Made by a program: the position numbers and the translations under genes
Shown here: positions 40,731 to 48,670 of the stretch, piece by piece
Layout: each line of letters opens with the position of its first letter
How positions within the stretch are numbered: the stretch's first letter is position 1
IMG/VR virus record: IMGVR_UViG_3300027771_000013
Span: 2,931-66,930 of that record
Strand: one strand, 5' to 3'
DNA length: 64,000 nucleotides
DNA from: a virus
The notes under the pieces: model-generated
What the model was told of the DNA's origin: nothing
Databases searched by the model: none
The model's input: only the letters and a program-made list of their open reading frames with translations

Positions 40731-41465
40731 CTATACCCAACCACGGTCTTGTAATTTTGTACTCTCTCTTGCAGTGTCTACTTGCATACCTGCTGCATTT
40801 AGCACTTGGCAAGCACGTTCAAATTTAGCCATGTAATTGTTGCCTTCATGCGCTTCGCCGCTAAACCCAAGTGGGGTAACAACGCGTGCAGCAATGTAAG
40901 CCAGCAGTGCTTCTAAATGGGTGACAGGCAAATCAATACTGGCAGTAGTTGGATCTTGTAATGCCGTCTCTGTATTAATCGGCACATGATTAGCTCTGTA
41001 AATGACAGTTAAAGTTGTCACTGGTGTTCCAGAAGCACGTTTCAAATCAGTAGGCACTAATAACGTGTTGTATGAAGTTGCACGTACAGCACCAAGGTGC
41101 GCTTCTTTATTAAAAGGTATTTCGCACCCATCGTTATCTAACACACGTTCTATTTTCATTACATCATCAAGAAAAGGCTCAGCAGCAGTGTCTTGAATGT
41201 ATTGATCTGTGCCATTATTACTGACTGCTTTAATTTTGGTTAACACATAAGTGGAACGGCCATCGAGGGATAACGTTAACGTTCCTTCGCGCAACAAAAA
41301 CCGTTTATGTAACTCCGTCAATCCTAATCGTACCGAGGGCAATATCTTTACAGCGGCCACTTTGTTATTGTCAACATCTTCAGTGCCAGCACTGATTTCA
41401 GTACTAACAAAGAGTTGTTGAAACTCGCCAAACGTTAAATGATCGAGAATGTCTTGTAATGTCAT
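40731..41465 (-). CDS. head-tail adaptor, N4 gp67-like
   Basis: GLTELHKRF.L.E, VIYRANH, EALLAYIAAR, C-terminal RGWV. Confidence 0.85.
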   Translation of the reverse strand: MTLQDILDHLTFGEFQQLFVSTEISAGTEDVDNNKVAAVKILPSVRLGLTELHKRFLLREGTLTLSLDGRSTYVLTKIKAVSNNGTDQYIQDTAAEPFLDDVMKIERVLDNDGCEIPFNKEAHLGAVRATSYNTLLVPTDLKRASGTPVTTLTVIYRANHVPINTETALQDPTTASIDLPVTHLEALLAYIAARVVTPLGFSGEAHEGNNYMAKFERACQVLNAAGMQVDTARESTKLQDRGWV

Positions 41466-41478
41466 GTCAATAAAGTCC

Positions 41479-43083
41479 TTAAACTACGTATGATGAAATA
41501 GAGTGTGAGTCTTGTTCTGTTTCCATGCCCCAAATACCGTCTTCGTCGGCCTGCATCTCGCTAATTTCTGACGGCTTCCACACAGTTAACTGCGAAAGCA
41601 TCGTAATTGTGTCAAGGAAATCATCGCTTCTGCTGCGGAATCCGCCAGGAGACACTAAACACAACTCGTTCATAGCCTCTAATAAAATAGGGTCTGCTTT
41701 TTTCTCTTTTGGAAAATATATTTTTCGTGCTTTAAACATTGGCTGAATAGTGCTGTTAAATCGCTCGTGCTTTTTGCCACCAAGTGAACGAATGCCAGGG
41801 TTATTAGTATTGCCGCTACTCGATAGCGGAAAATAAATATTACGAGACATCATTTCGTTTTGAATCCACGGTATGAACCCGCCCTGCTGTCCGTTAACTT
41901 CAATACCTACACCTTGTGGGCGGTATTTTTGGGAAAGCCTAAACAAATCATTAACTGTTTTATCCATTAACTGTCTTTCTAATACGCCGTCTACCCAAAG
42001 CCAATCGCCTACATTGTTGTATGCCCAGACGCTTATAGCGGAATAATCAGCGGCTTCTTTTTGGCTAACAGCAAAATCAGTTGTTATGTAGAAATTAAAC
42101 TTATGCTGATTTTTTAGTACGCTGTCTATCGAGTACCAACCAATATCACCATCAAGGATTGAACGATCTTCGTCTGACATAATTCGTAACATCAATTCTT
42201 GGTTAAACGTGTCAACGCGCCCAATCTTTACGGCTTTCTCGTACTGTCGTTTTACATAAGCGTAATCAAATCGGTCTGGCCAACTGCTTCTAAAATCTTC
42301 TTTTGAACAAGGAAATTCTTCGCACACTGGAAATACGTTAACGGCCCAGGCACCTGACTCAACGGCTTTGTACAACGGGTCTCTTGCGTTAAACGGCGTA
42401 CCTGACCAAATAATCATGTTTTTAGTAGGATGCAGTGCGTAATCTACAGCTTTATAAATCGTATCTTCTATAGAAGCGATAACTGTTGGTGATCGAGCGT
42501 CTTCATCACTTACTAAATCATCTAACACTGCAAGTACTGGGCGTGTGCCCAATTCTTTTGCTCCCCGTACACCCGTTTTTGCGCCGTAACCTTTTACAAT
42601 AAATGTATTGCCATCTGCGTTTGTAAATTCCCAACGGACGTCAGTAAACCTGATTTTAATAATATATTCTTGCAAAAATTCAGAGTTTTCATAACGGAAT
42701 TCTAAGTTCTTTCGCATGTTCTTAACGCCGTTATCAATGGAGTCAGAAACGTAAATAGCCAGTGAGATAGGACCGAAACCAGGTATCTCACCGTAAGTAC
42801 CAATAAACAAAAACAGGTATTCGCCCATGACTGTTGTTTTGGCAATTCCTCGATGACAAAGGTTAGCTACGCGTGCGCCATTTTCTGTCAAAGTGTCTAA
42901 CATCTTGTAATGCACTAACGGCGTTTTGTGTTCTTCGCCTTGCACACCGTTCACTAATTTAATAAACGTAACGAATTCCAATGCAAACGTACTGGGCACA
43001 TAATTCTTGTTGTTGTTGTAATCAACTTTTGCAAGATGTTCTTCTACACCCAGCGCTTCTGCAAAATCAAATTCATCACTCAT
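41479..43083 (-). CDS. terL: terminase large subunit, N4 gp68-like
   Basis: HRGIAKTT Walker A, AVLDD, SGTPF, TTDFA, DDFLDT nuclease motifs. Confidence 0.95.
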   Translation of the reverse strand: MSDEFDFAEALGVEEHLAKVDYNNNKNYVPSTFALEFVTFIKLVNGVQGEEHKTPLVHYKMLDTLTENGARVANLCHRGIAKTTVMGEYLFLFIGTYGEIPGFGPISLAIYVSDSIDNGVKNMRKNLEFRYENSEFLQEYIIKIRFTDVRWEFTNADGNTFIVKGYGAKTGVRGAKELGTRPVLAVLDDLVSDEDARSPTVIASIEDTIYKAVDYALHPTKNMIIWSGTPFNARDPLYKAVESGAWAVNVFPVCEEFPCSKEDFRSSWPDRFDYAYVKRQYEKAVKIGRVDTFNQELMLRIMSDEDRSILDGDIGWYSIDSVLKNQHKFNFYITTDFAVSQKEAADYSAISVWAYNNVGDWLWVDGVLERQLMDKTVNDLFRLSQKYRPQGVGIEVNGQQGGFIPWIQNEMMSRNIYFPLSSSGNTNNPGIRSLGGKKHERFNSTIQPMFKARKIYFPKEKKADPILLEAMNELCLVSPGGFRSRSDDFLDTITMLSQLTVWKPSEISEMQADEDGIWGMETEQDSHSISSYVV

Positions 43084-43258
43084 CGTTATAATCAAACTCT
43101 AACTGGATGTTTTTCAATTCCGCAGGCGTATTAATGATCTTTTGCGCGCTGCAGTCAGCGTCTACACATTCAATAAGCGACGTTAAGTCAGTAATCGGCA
43201 CTGGATCACCAAAAATGCACTCATGTGCGACTAAATGCACCCGTTCTTCTGTTTTCAT
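43076..43258 (-). CDS. hypothetical protein (60 aa)
   Basis: AAGGA RBS; fills the gap between gp69-like and terL. Confidence 0.55.
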   Translation of the reverse strand: MKTEERVHLVAHECIFGDPVPITDLTSLIECVDADCSAQKIINTPAELKNIQLEFDYNDE

Positions 43259-43273
43259 AAAATTCCTTGTTAT

Positions 43274-43966
43274 TTATTCTTCTTCTGTTACTGCGTTTTC
43301 AATAACTAACCCTGAATGTGCAATGTCTTGTGCTGTACTAACGCCCGCTTCCAAAGCCAAACGTTGCTGTGCGACTAATTCCATCGTGGACTGACGCAAT
43401 GCTGCAATTGAGCTGTCTTTTTTGACGCCAATTTCCAACTCAATCTTTTTATTCTCTGGTTGTTTAAGGTGTGTCAGTAAAGAGTTAGCCGCATCACTAC
43501 GTACTTTTTCACTATTCGCTGTAGTCATTAACTCAGCTTGAGTATTCAACGCTTTTTGAAATAAATCTTGATTAAGTACCCAAGTAGGTACTAAAGATTG
43601 CTCTAAAATTAAATTAACTAATTTAGATTTGTTGTACGCAGTAACGTAGCTGGCTATATCTTTAGGCTCGACGCCTTGGGAAGTGAATCGCTTAATTTTT
43701 TCAGGAAAAGTTAAGCTGTATGCTTTAATATTTGTCATCCCAGCTAATTTATGGGATACGTACTTGACCGCATCTATATAGTTTGGCAGTTTAAACCTAC
43801 CTTCACTCATAACACGGGTGTAACTAATTAAGTTCTCACGATAAGCCTCATACATTTCTGGATCGGCAAGCGTGGTATTAATTTTCTTTATTAATTCGGC
43901 GTTAACAGACTTCTTCACCTTTGCAGGCAAAGCATCTTTAAATTGTTCAGTAGTTAACGGAGTCAT
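43274..43966 (-). CDS. N4 gp69-like protein (putative terminase small subunit)
   Basis: Y..AVKYVSHKL.G.TN..AY..TFP; SEKVRSDAANSLLTHLK. Confidence 0.85.
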   Translation of the reverse strand: MTPLTTEQFKDALPAKVKKSVNAELIKKINTTLADPEMYEAYRENLISYTRVMSEGRFKLPNYIDAVKYVSHKLAGMTNIKAYSLTFPEKIKRFTSQGVEPKDIASYVTAYNKSKLVNLILEQSLVPTWVLNQDLFQKALNTQAELMTTANSEKVRSDAANSLLTHLKQPENKKIELEIGVKKDSSIAALRQSTMELVAQQRLALEAGVSTAQDIAHSGLVIENAVTEEE

Positions 43967-43995
43967 TTACGCGTCTCAATAATTAATATATCGGG

Positions 43996-44023
43996 AGCGT
44001 ATAAGTAAAAAAATAAGTTTTCT
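43996..44023 (-). promoter_or_regulatory. candidate late promoter (AGAAAA-N16-TACGCT)
   Basis: Intergenic, upstream of the gp69-terL operon; recurring motif. Confidence 0.5.
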
Positions 44024-44053
44024 TGGTTTTTTTATTGTTTAAAAGAAAGTATT

Positions 44054-44494
44054 TTATTTACTGCGAATAATTAACTGCCACTCTTGCGCTTCATCCCCTA
44101 ACACTTTCATTAAGTCAGTAAACGCTTTTCTTGAAGATTGCACACCCATAAAAGATTTGCCTTTAGGATCTTGCATCGGCGCAAGCTTTAATCCAACAGC
44201 AATGCACCCGTGTAATTGACTTGGCCAATTCGCAGGATGGATCATTATGAAAGTTCGGCCGGAAACATTCGTCACTTCCCAACCACTGGTAAACTTACCA
44301 CCACTACTTCGAGTAACCACACCACTCTTTCTTTGTCGTAACGTATACGTACCTTCCGGTATGCAGCTCACCATCGTTTCGTTATTTACCCAGGGACGTT
44401 CGACGGTGTAATACCGAAACCCAGAAGGTCCCACCATCTCCCCGAACGTACCAAAATCAAAATGTGCGTTTCTTTCTAATAATATTGTTTTCAT
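44054..44494 (-). CDS. DUF5675-family protein (L,D-transpeptidase-like fold; candidate endolysin)
   Basis: T.ERPW..N....SCIPEG.Y; V.GR..I.IH.AN....L.GCI.VG. Confidence 0.8.
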   Translation of the reverse strand: MKTILLERNAHFDFGTFGEMVGPSGFRYYTVERPWVNNETMVSCIPEGTYTLRQRKSGVVTRSSGGKFTSGWEVTNVSGRTFIMIHPANWPSQLHGCIAVGLKLAPMQDPKGKSFMGVQSSRKAFTDLMKVLGDEAQEWQLIIRSK

Positions 44495-44635
44495 GGCAGT
44501 AACTATCCATGACTTCCTTGTACTTTTCTGATGTTTTAAGAAGTGCCGCTATATAAATACGCTTCTCATACAACATTTTTAAATAGGGGTATGAAACAAC
44601 GTGTACGTTTTTACGGCGCTAATCACCGGATATAA

Positions 44636-44796
44636 AGACCTTATATGGTAAGACCAACCTTAGTAATCTAAGAAAGGGTAAAATCTTTTATAATCCTATA
44701 TGAATCAAGTACTTATCTTTTGGATAAATACCTCAGATGGTCTGTAGCTTGTGCTTCCAGCACGTTAATGGTCTAATACACCACTACCACAGACCA
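44636..44796. promoter_or_regulatory. regulatory region: five AGACC/GGTCT motifs, TATAAT (44689) and IHF consensus (44703-44715)
   Basis: AGACC at 44636, 44651, 44791; GGTCT at 44739, 44770; AATCAAgtacTTA. Confidence 0.4.
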
Positions 44797-44799
44797 CAT

Positions 44800-45177
44800 A
44801 TGGAACATGTTATGAATGAACAGCCTAAACACGTAACACCAATGGTATCGAGCGTATGGTGTGAGAAGAATGAAAAGACTATATATATGAAATTCTATGT
44901 AACCCATAAAGAACATATAGAAATAGCCCAGTCGCTTGGGGATTCAGCAGTATTGCTTTACATGTACTACTTAAGAATGGCGTCGACTACTCATCCAGTG
45001 ATTACAGATGATCTTGCCGCCCAAAGCCTGGGCTGGAACGCCCGTAAAGTGGCTCGTTATCGTCAATCATTAACCAAAGATAACTGGTACAGGGAAATTA
45101 AGTACACCCGACCCGGTGGTAGTCGAGGTGTTGAGTACCATATTGGTAAAGAAGCTGTTAGGCACAGTTATATATAA
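44800..45177 (+). CDS. winged-HTH DNA-binding protein
   Basis: 'A.LLY.YYL......ITDD.AA.SLGW..RKV.RYR..L....WY' wHTH pattern; start uncertain (44800/44812/44842). Confidence 0.65.
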   Translation: MEHVMNEQPKHVTPMVSSVWCEKNEKTIYMKFYVTHKEHIEIAQSLGDSAVLLYMYYLRMASTTHPVITDDLAAQSLGWNARKVARYRQSLTKDNWYREIKYTRPGGSRGVEYHIGKEAVRHSYI

Positions 45178-45403
45178 CCACTTGCCTTTACTGGCTCCCG
45201 CTGACGCTGCGCCAGCAGCAGGCAAGCGGAGACAGGATTAAAAAAATACCAGACTGTTGCGGCTTCCTGCCGCTATATAGGATTTAAAAATAATAATTTT
45301 GAGCAGGTTTTTGAGAAATTTCATATTTGGGTACGAGTTTAGTACTGACAAGACACTAAAACAAAACACTGACCTACCCCCCCTATCATCTCTGAGCACA
45401 CAC

Positions 45404-45424
45404 CGCCGTGCGGCGAGGGATGGA
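45404..45424 (+). promoter_or_regulatory. early vRNAP hairpin promoter P1 (CGCC-GTGC-GGCG...ATGGA)
   Basis: Hairpin with G exactly 11 nt after the loop, as in four other early sites. Confidence 0.7.
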
Positions 45425-45455
45425 CAATTCCGTCCTACTCCGGAGTATAAGTATC

Positions 45456-45641
45456 ATGATGAAAGCACTATCAACCATGTGGTCAACACTAGAAATGTTA
45501 TTCTTAGGCGTCCACTCTTTCGCTGAAGCATTCAAAGAAACTGGCGACATCGTCCTCGGTGAAGTCCAAGAGCTATCAGCTCAACAGCAACGCGACCATG
45601 CTGCTAAACTACAAGCAGACATCAGCGCACTCAATGCGTAA
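45456..45641 (+). CDS. first early gene, hypothetical (61 aa)
   Basis: GGAG RBS; lies between P1 and a terminator. Confidence 0.75.
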   Translation: MMKALSTMWSTLEMLFLGVHSFAEAFKETGDIVLGEVQELSAQQQRDHAAKLQADISALNA

Positions 45642-45646
45642 TACCT

Positions 45647-45677
45647 TACTCAGTCCTTCAATGGGCTGGGTATTTTT
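45647..45677 (+). terminator. rho-independent terminator
   Basis: TACTCAGTCC-TTCAAT-GGGCTGGGTA + T5. Confidence 0.75.
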
Positions 45678-45850
45678 CCTACTACACACAAGTACACACA
45701 CTCAAGATAGACAGTACATAGACAGAAAGAGTACATCTTTACTCCCTGATTCAGTGTTATCTCAGTGTTTTACTCAATCCCTTACCTATCTAGTTCTAAC
45801 TCCGATACACCTGTTATCTATTCCTGCTTAGCGATACCTATCCGATACAT

Positions 45851-45872
45851 TGTGCTTACGCACATGAATGGA
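45851..45872 (+). promoter_or_regulatory. early vRNAP hairpin promoter P2 (TGTGC-TTAC-GCACA...ATGGA)
   Basis: Conserved hairpin and spacing. Confidence 0.8.
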
Positions 45873-45910
45873 ATGTATGCAGTGTGTATACATAACTTAT
45901 GGAGGTTCCC

Positions 45911-46219
45911 ATGGAATCAGTTACAACAGGTTCGTACGTCACTTACAAAGACGTACCTCACATCATAGTCGCTGATAGTGGGAACTTAGTTAAGATCCTT
46001 AATCCATTAAAGGGTCAAGACAAGTTGCAAGTTAAGCGGGTTAACGTACGTCCTATGGCTATAGAGCCTAGCCGTTCTATTAGTTACCGGGATCGTATGT
46101 TCTTGGTTACTGTAAAGAACACCATCATTAGTCTTACTAGTGGGCGTGTTGTGTTTACAGATGCTAATAATGGCAACCGTAAAGCTATCTTAGCTGCGGC
46201 TCAATCTAGTCAAGCATAA
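45911..46219 (+). CDS. N4 gp1-like early protein
   Basis: GGAGG RBS; 'FLVT.K.TIISLTSGR......NGNR..IL' pattern. Confidence 0.7.
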   Translation: MESVTTGSYVTYKDVPHIIVADSGNLVKILNPLKGQDKLQVKRVNVRPMAIEPSRSISYRDRMFLVTVKNTIISLTSGRVVFTDANNGNRKAILAAAQSSQA

Positions 46220-46242
46220 GCCAACCTTCGGGTTGGTTTTTT
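46220..46242 (+). terminator. rho-independent terminator
   Basis: GCCAACC-TTCG-GGTTGGT + T-run. Confidence 0.9.
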
Positions 46243-46267
46243 AATCCCTGAATAATAGGCAGTTCTA

Positions 46268-46289
46268 TGTGCTTGCGCACAAGCATGGA
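46268..46289 (+). promoter_or_regulatory. early vRNAP hairpin promoter P3 (TGTGC-TTGC-GCACA...ATGGA)
   Basis: Conserved hairpin and spacing. Confidence 0.8.
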
Positions 46290-46332
46290 TGTTATTACCC
46301 AACTCAATCAACCAATCATAGGAGTGTAATTT

Positions 46333-46437
46333 ATGGGCTTACTGGATCTATTTATATACGGAGACATTGTTACGCATCTACTGATGTTACTAACCATTGT
46401 CCTTACTTTATGCATATTTCACGCACTTGGAGATTAA
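46333..46437 (+). CDS. 34-aa hydrophobic microprotein (not in the ORF track)
   Basis: AGGAG RBS; MGLLDLFIYGDIVTHLLMLLTIVLTLCIFHALGD; first ORF after P3. Confidence 0.6.
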   Translation: MGLLDLFIYGDIVTHLLMLLTIVLTLCIFHALGD

Positions 46438-46439
46438 CC

Positions 46440-46721
46440 ATGCAAATACATGAAAGTTGTTTACCTGTTATCCACGCTTTGAATAACGGTGAGATCAGTG
46501 AAGAAATCATTATGGCTAGCGCAGCTGGCTGGTATCTAGGCACTATTCAAAGGGACTTAGAATACGGTTACTTACTGCCTTACTCAAGAGACACTGATTA
46601 CATGAGTAAGAAGCAAGCTGAAGATTACTACCAGTATGTCTCAGTGCCAGCAACAGAAGATCATGAACACGATGATCGTGAAGCTGACTGTAACGCTGCA
46701 GATGCAGGGCTCTACGCATAA
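46440..46721 (+). CDS. early hypothetical protein (93 aa)
   Basis: GGAG RBS; 'SAAGWYLGT...PYSR.TDY' motif seen in small phage proteins. Confidence 0.75.
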   Translation: MQIHESCLPVIHALNNGEISEEIIMASAAGWYLGTIQRDLEYGYLLPYSRDTDYMSKKQAEDYYQYVSVPATEDHEHDDREADCNAADAGLYA

Positions 46722-46726
46722 AGATT

Positions 46727-46761
46727 AAGACTTGATCCTTCATGGGATTAGGTCTTTTTTT
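46727..46761 (+). terminator. rho-independent terminator
   Basis: AAGACTTGATCC...GGATTAGGTCTT + T-run, abutting P4. Confidence 0.8.
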
Positions 46762-46782
46762 ACGCTTGCGCGTGAGGGTGGA
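46761..46782 (+). promoter_or_regulatory. early vRNAP hairpin promoter P4 (ACGC-TTGC-GCGT...GTGGA)
   Basis: Conserved hairpin and spacing. Confidence 0.75.
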
Positions 46783-46834
46783 ATTCTTGCTGATTAGCGC
46801 ACGAATTAACTAAACCATCTTACGGGAGAGCGTT

Positions 46835-47077
46835 ATGAACACTTACTTGCACGCAGTTGGCGAACTAATGGGTGGCGCAAAACTTGATCATGTTGTCGAT
46901 GCATTTAGACGTCGAGAAATGACAGATTTCTGTGTCACAAATAACCCACGTAAAACTAACGTGGACTACGCAACCTTTGTTGCAGAGCGTACTGAATATG
47001 AGCTAGTCATTGACACTATGGCGTTAAGACTGACTGAAATACACGATGAAATACAGGAGGTTCAGCATGATTTATAA
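46835..47077 (+). CDS. early hypothetical protein
   Basis: GGGAG RBS; after P4. Confidence 0.7.
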   Translation: MNTYLHAVGELMGGAKLDHVVDAFRRREMTDFCVTNNPRKTNVDYATFVAERTEYELVIDTMALRLTEIHDEIQEVQHDL

Positions 47078-47249
47078 CGGATACCGTACTAAAGCAATTA
47101 AACCTATGGCTACACGTCCTCACAAAGCCGTGAGAGAAGTTACCAACGCTGTTAAGGCCATTGACCTAGCGCTTAGCATCTTGTCTATAACAGCCATAGG
47201 CTTCGCTTTATATGTTGCAGCTTTGCATTTCATGCCAGTACCTATTTAA
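47067..47249 (+). CDS. early hypothetical membrane protein
   Basis: AGGAGG RBS; C-terminal TM segment. Confidence 0.7.
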   Translation: MIYNGYRTKAIKPMATRPHKAVREVTNAVKAIDLALSILSITAIGFALYVAALHFMPVPI

Positions 47250-47258
47250 CAATTAACT

Positions 47259-47289
47259 AAAGCACTGCCCTAACGGGTAGGCTTTTTTT
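47259..47289 (+). terminator. rho-independent terminator
   Basis: CTGCCC-TAAC-GGGTAG stem + T7. Confidence 0.75.
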
Positions 47290-47455
47290 CTTTCTAAGTG
47301 CACACCCATATTCAAGTGCACACACCCAATCAAAACCACACGCATCAGACAGCTCGTAGGTAGTCACTTTTGTGCTAGCGACGGTAGATTGTTTGCTGTT
47401 GCCAGCAAGATAGGATTTGTTTGTCCGGTCTTTAACTATTCATTGGAGAATAACT

Positions 47456-47638
47456 ATGACTATAGCATTCGTAAGGGAATCTCGTCCCTCAGAGCTTGAC
47501 TTTGCTACCGATTATTCGGAGTACTTGTATCAAGAAGAAGATGCTGCTGAAGCAGTAATGTTTGACTACGACTTTGATGTCGCTATGGACAAACATATAG
47601 AGAATTTAGAAAAGCAAGAGCATTTTGCTTACGCATAA
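47456..47638 (+). CDS. acidic early hypothetical protein (60 aa)
   Basis: GGAG RBS; D/E- and aromatic-rich. Confidence 0.65.
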   Translation: MTIAFVRESRPSELDFATDYSEYLYQEEDAAEAVMFDYDFDVAMDKHIENLEKQEHFAYA

Positions 47639-47705
47639 AAATGGCAAGTCTTTATCCGCCCAATTTCGGGCATTTCATCATTAATTAATTATAAGGAATA
47701 TCACT

Positions 47706-47978
47706 ATGGGCTATAACTCTAATCCGGTTGCTACTATCGAACGCGCTGCACCAGTTGCTTATGTAAATTGTGCTCTTGGACGTATCGATGGCCAAACTAC
47801 TGCAAAAGTAGGCGCTTTGAACTTACTAGCAACCAATCCTACGCATGTTCGTATTATTGAACGTTGTTCTGATGCTGACCCGGTTAAAGCCGCTGAAGCT
47901 ATCGCAGAGCTTAAAAACAAGCTAGTTTTGACATTTAAGATGGCTAACGGCACTTCAAGTGCTGCAGTAGACTTCTAA
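47706..47978 (+). CDS. early protein, paralogue of 48176-48466
   Basis: AYVN...KVGAL.L...DP...KL.L.F...DF aligns by eye with the neighbouring ORF. Confidence 0.7.
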   Translation: MGYNSNPVATIERAAPVAYVNCALGRIDGQTTAKVGALNLLATNPTHVRIIERCSDADPVKAAEAIAELKNKLVLTFKMANGTSSAAVDF

Positions 47979-47993
47979 ATCAAAGTTACTTGG

Positions 47994-48031
47994 GGCCTAC
48001 TACTTTAATTAGTAGTAGGTCAATCTTTTTT
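47994..48031 (+). terminator. rho-independent terminator
   Basis: GGCCTACTACT-TTAATT-AGTAGTAGGTC + T-run. Confidence 0.7.
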
Positions 48032-48175
48032 CAGCTAATACACCTTAGTATTATCGTTAGTGAATAAAGTTCCAAAAATATTAGCCTTCTTGTTATCTGT
48101 TTGTTAACCTGTAGGCCTACGTAGGTAAGCGTAGGTAAAAATACTTAATTAGTTAGAAAATAATGGATCTTTTCT

Positions 48176-48466
48176 ATGAGTAGCAAGAATATATCGTTTT
48201 TCAACGACAATAATAAAACTAAACCCGCTCCAAAAGCCTATTTAAATCTTTGGCTCCCTACAGGACACAATGATAGTCGAAGAAAGTTAGGGTCTATAGC
48301 GTTACGAGGTAACTCGGCTGCTGAAAAAGACTTAATAGATTGGCTACAAGAAGACCCATCTCGCGTTGGCTTATTACTGTCTAAGTTAACTATGGATTTT
48401 CAAGAAGCAGCGCCAGCTGCAGCATCCGGCTTTGACCTTTCGCTTGAAGCAACTGTAAAAACTTAA
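48176..48466 (+). CDS. conserved N4-like early protein preceding RNAP II
   Basis: KAYLNLWLP...RRKLG.I.L...EK.LI.WL..DP...DFQ...GFDL. Confidence 0.7.
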   Translation: MSSKNISFFNDNNKTKPAPKAYLNLWLPTGHNDSRRKLGSIALRGNSAAEKDLIDWLQEDPSRVGLLLSKLTMDFQEAAPAAASGFDLSLEATVKT

Positions 48467-48581
48467 ACACAGTTATACCTGTATTTAATCACCCTAACTT
48501 CGGTTAGTCGCAGCGTTGTGCCTTTAAAAAGTGCAATCGTTTGTGTCTGTTTAATCCACTCGCTCCGCTACGTCCCTTAAA

Positions 48582-48600
48582 CAGCTTGCGCTGAAGAATG
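48582..48600 (+). promoter_or_regulatory. early vRNAP hairpin promoter P5 (CAGC-TTGC-GCTG...ATG) for RNAP II genes
   Basis: Same loop and +1 spacing; 70 nt upstream of RNAP1. Confidence 0.7.
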
Positions 48601-48670
48601 CCTTTGGCTGGGCGCTTATATCCTAACACTCTCATTCATCTGTATTTACTTAACCGGTAAAGGTAATCCT

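Noticed and set aside
16425-43966. Many short antisense ORFs in the ORF track
   Set aside because: They lie within long genes on the opposite strand, lack RBSs and show shadow-frame composition
47371-47392. Sixth early hairpin promoter (TGTGC-TAGC-GACGG)
   Set aside because: The stem does not pair beyond one base pair and the +1 G is displaced; at most degenerate
48479-48660. LexA (SOS) boxes upstream of RNAP II (CTGT..TTTA at 48479, 48547, 48640)
   Set aside because: Only left half-sites; none has CAG at the required N10 spacing
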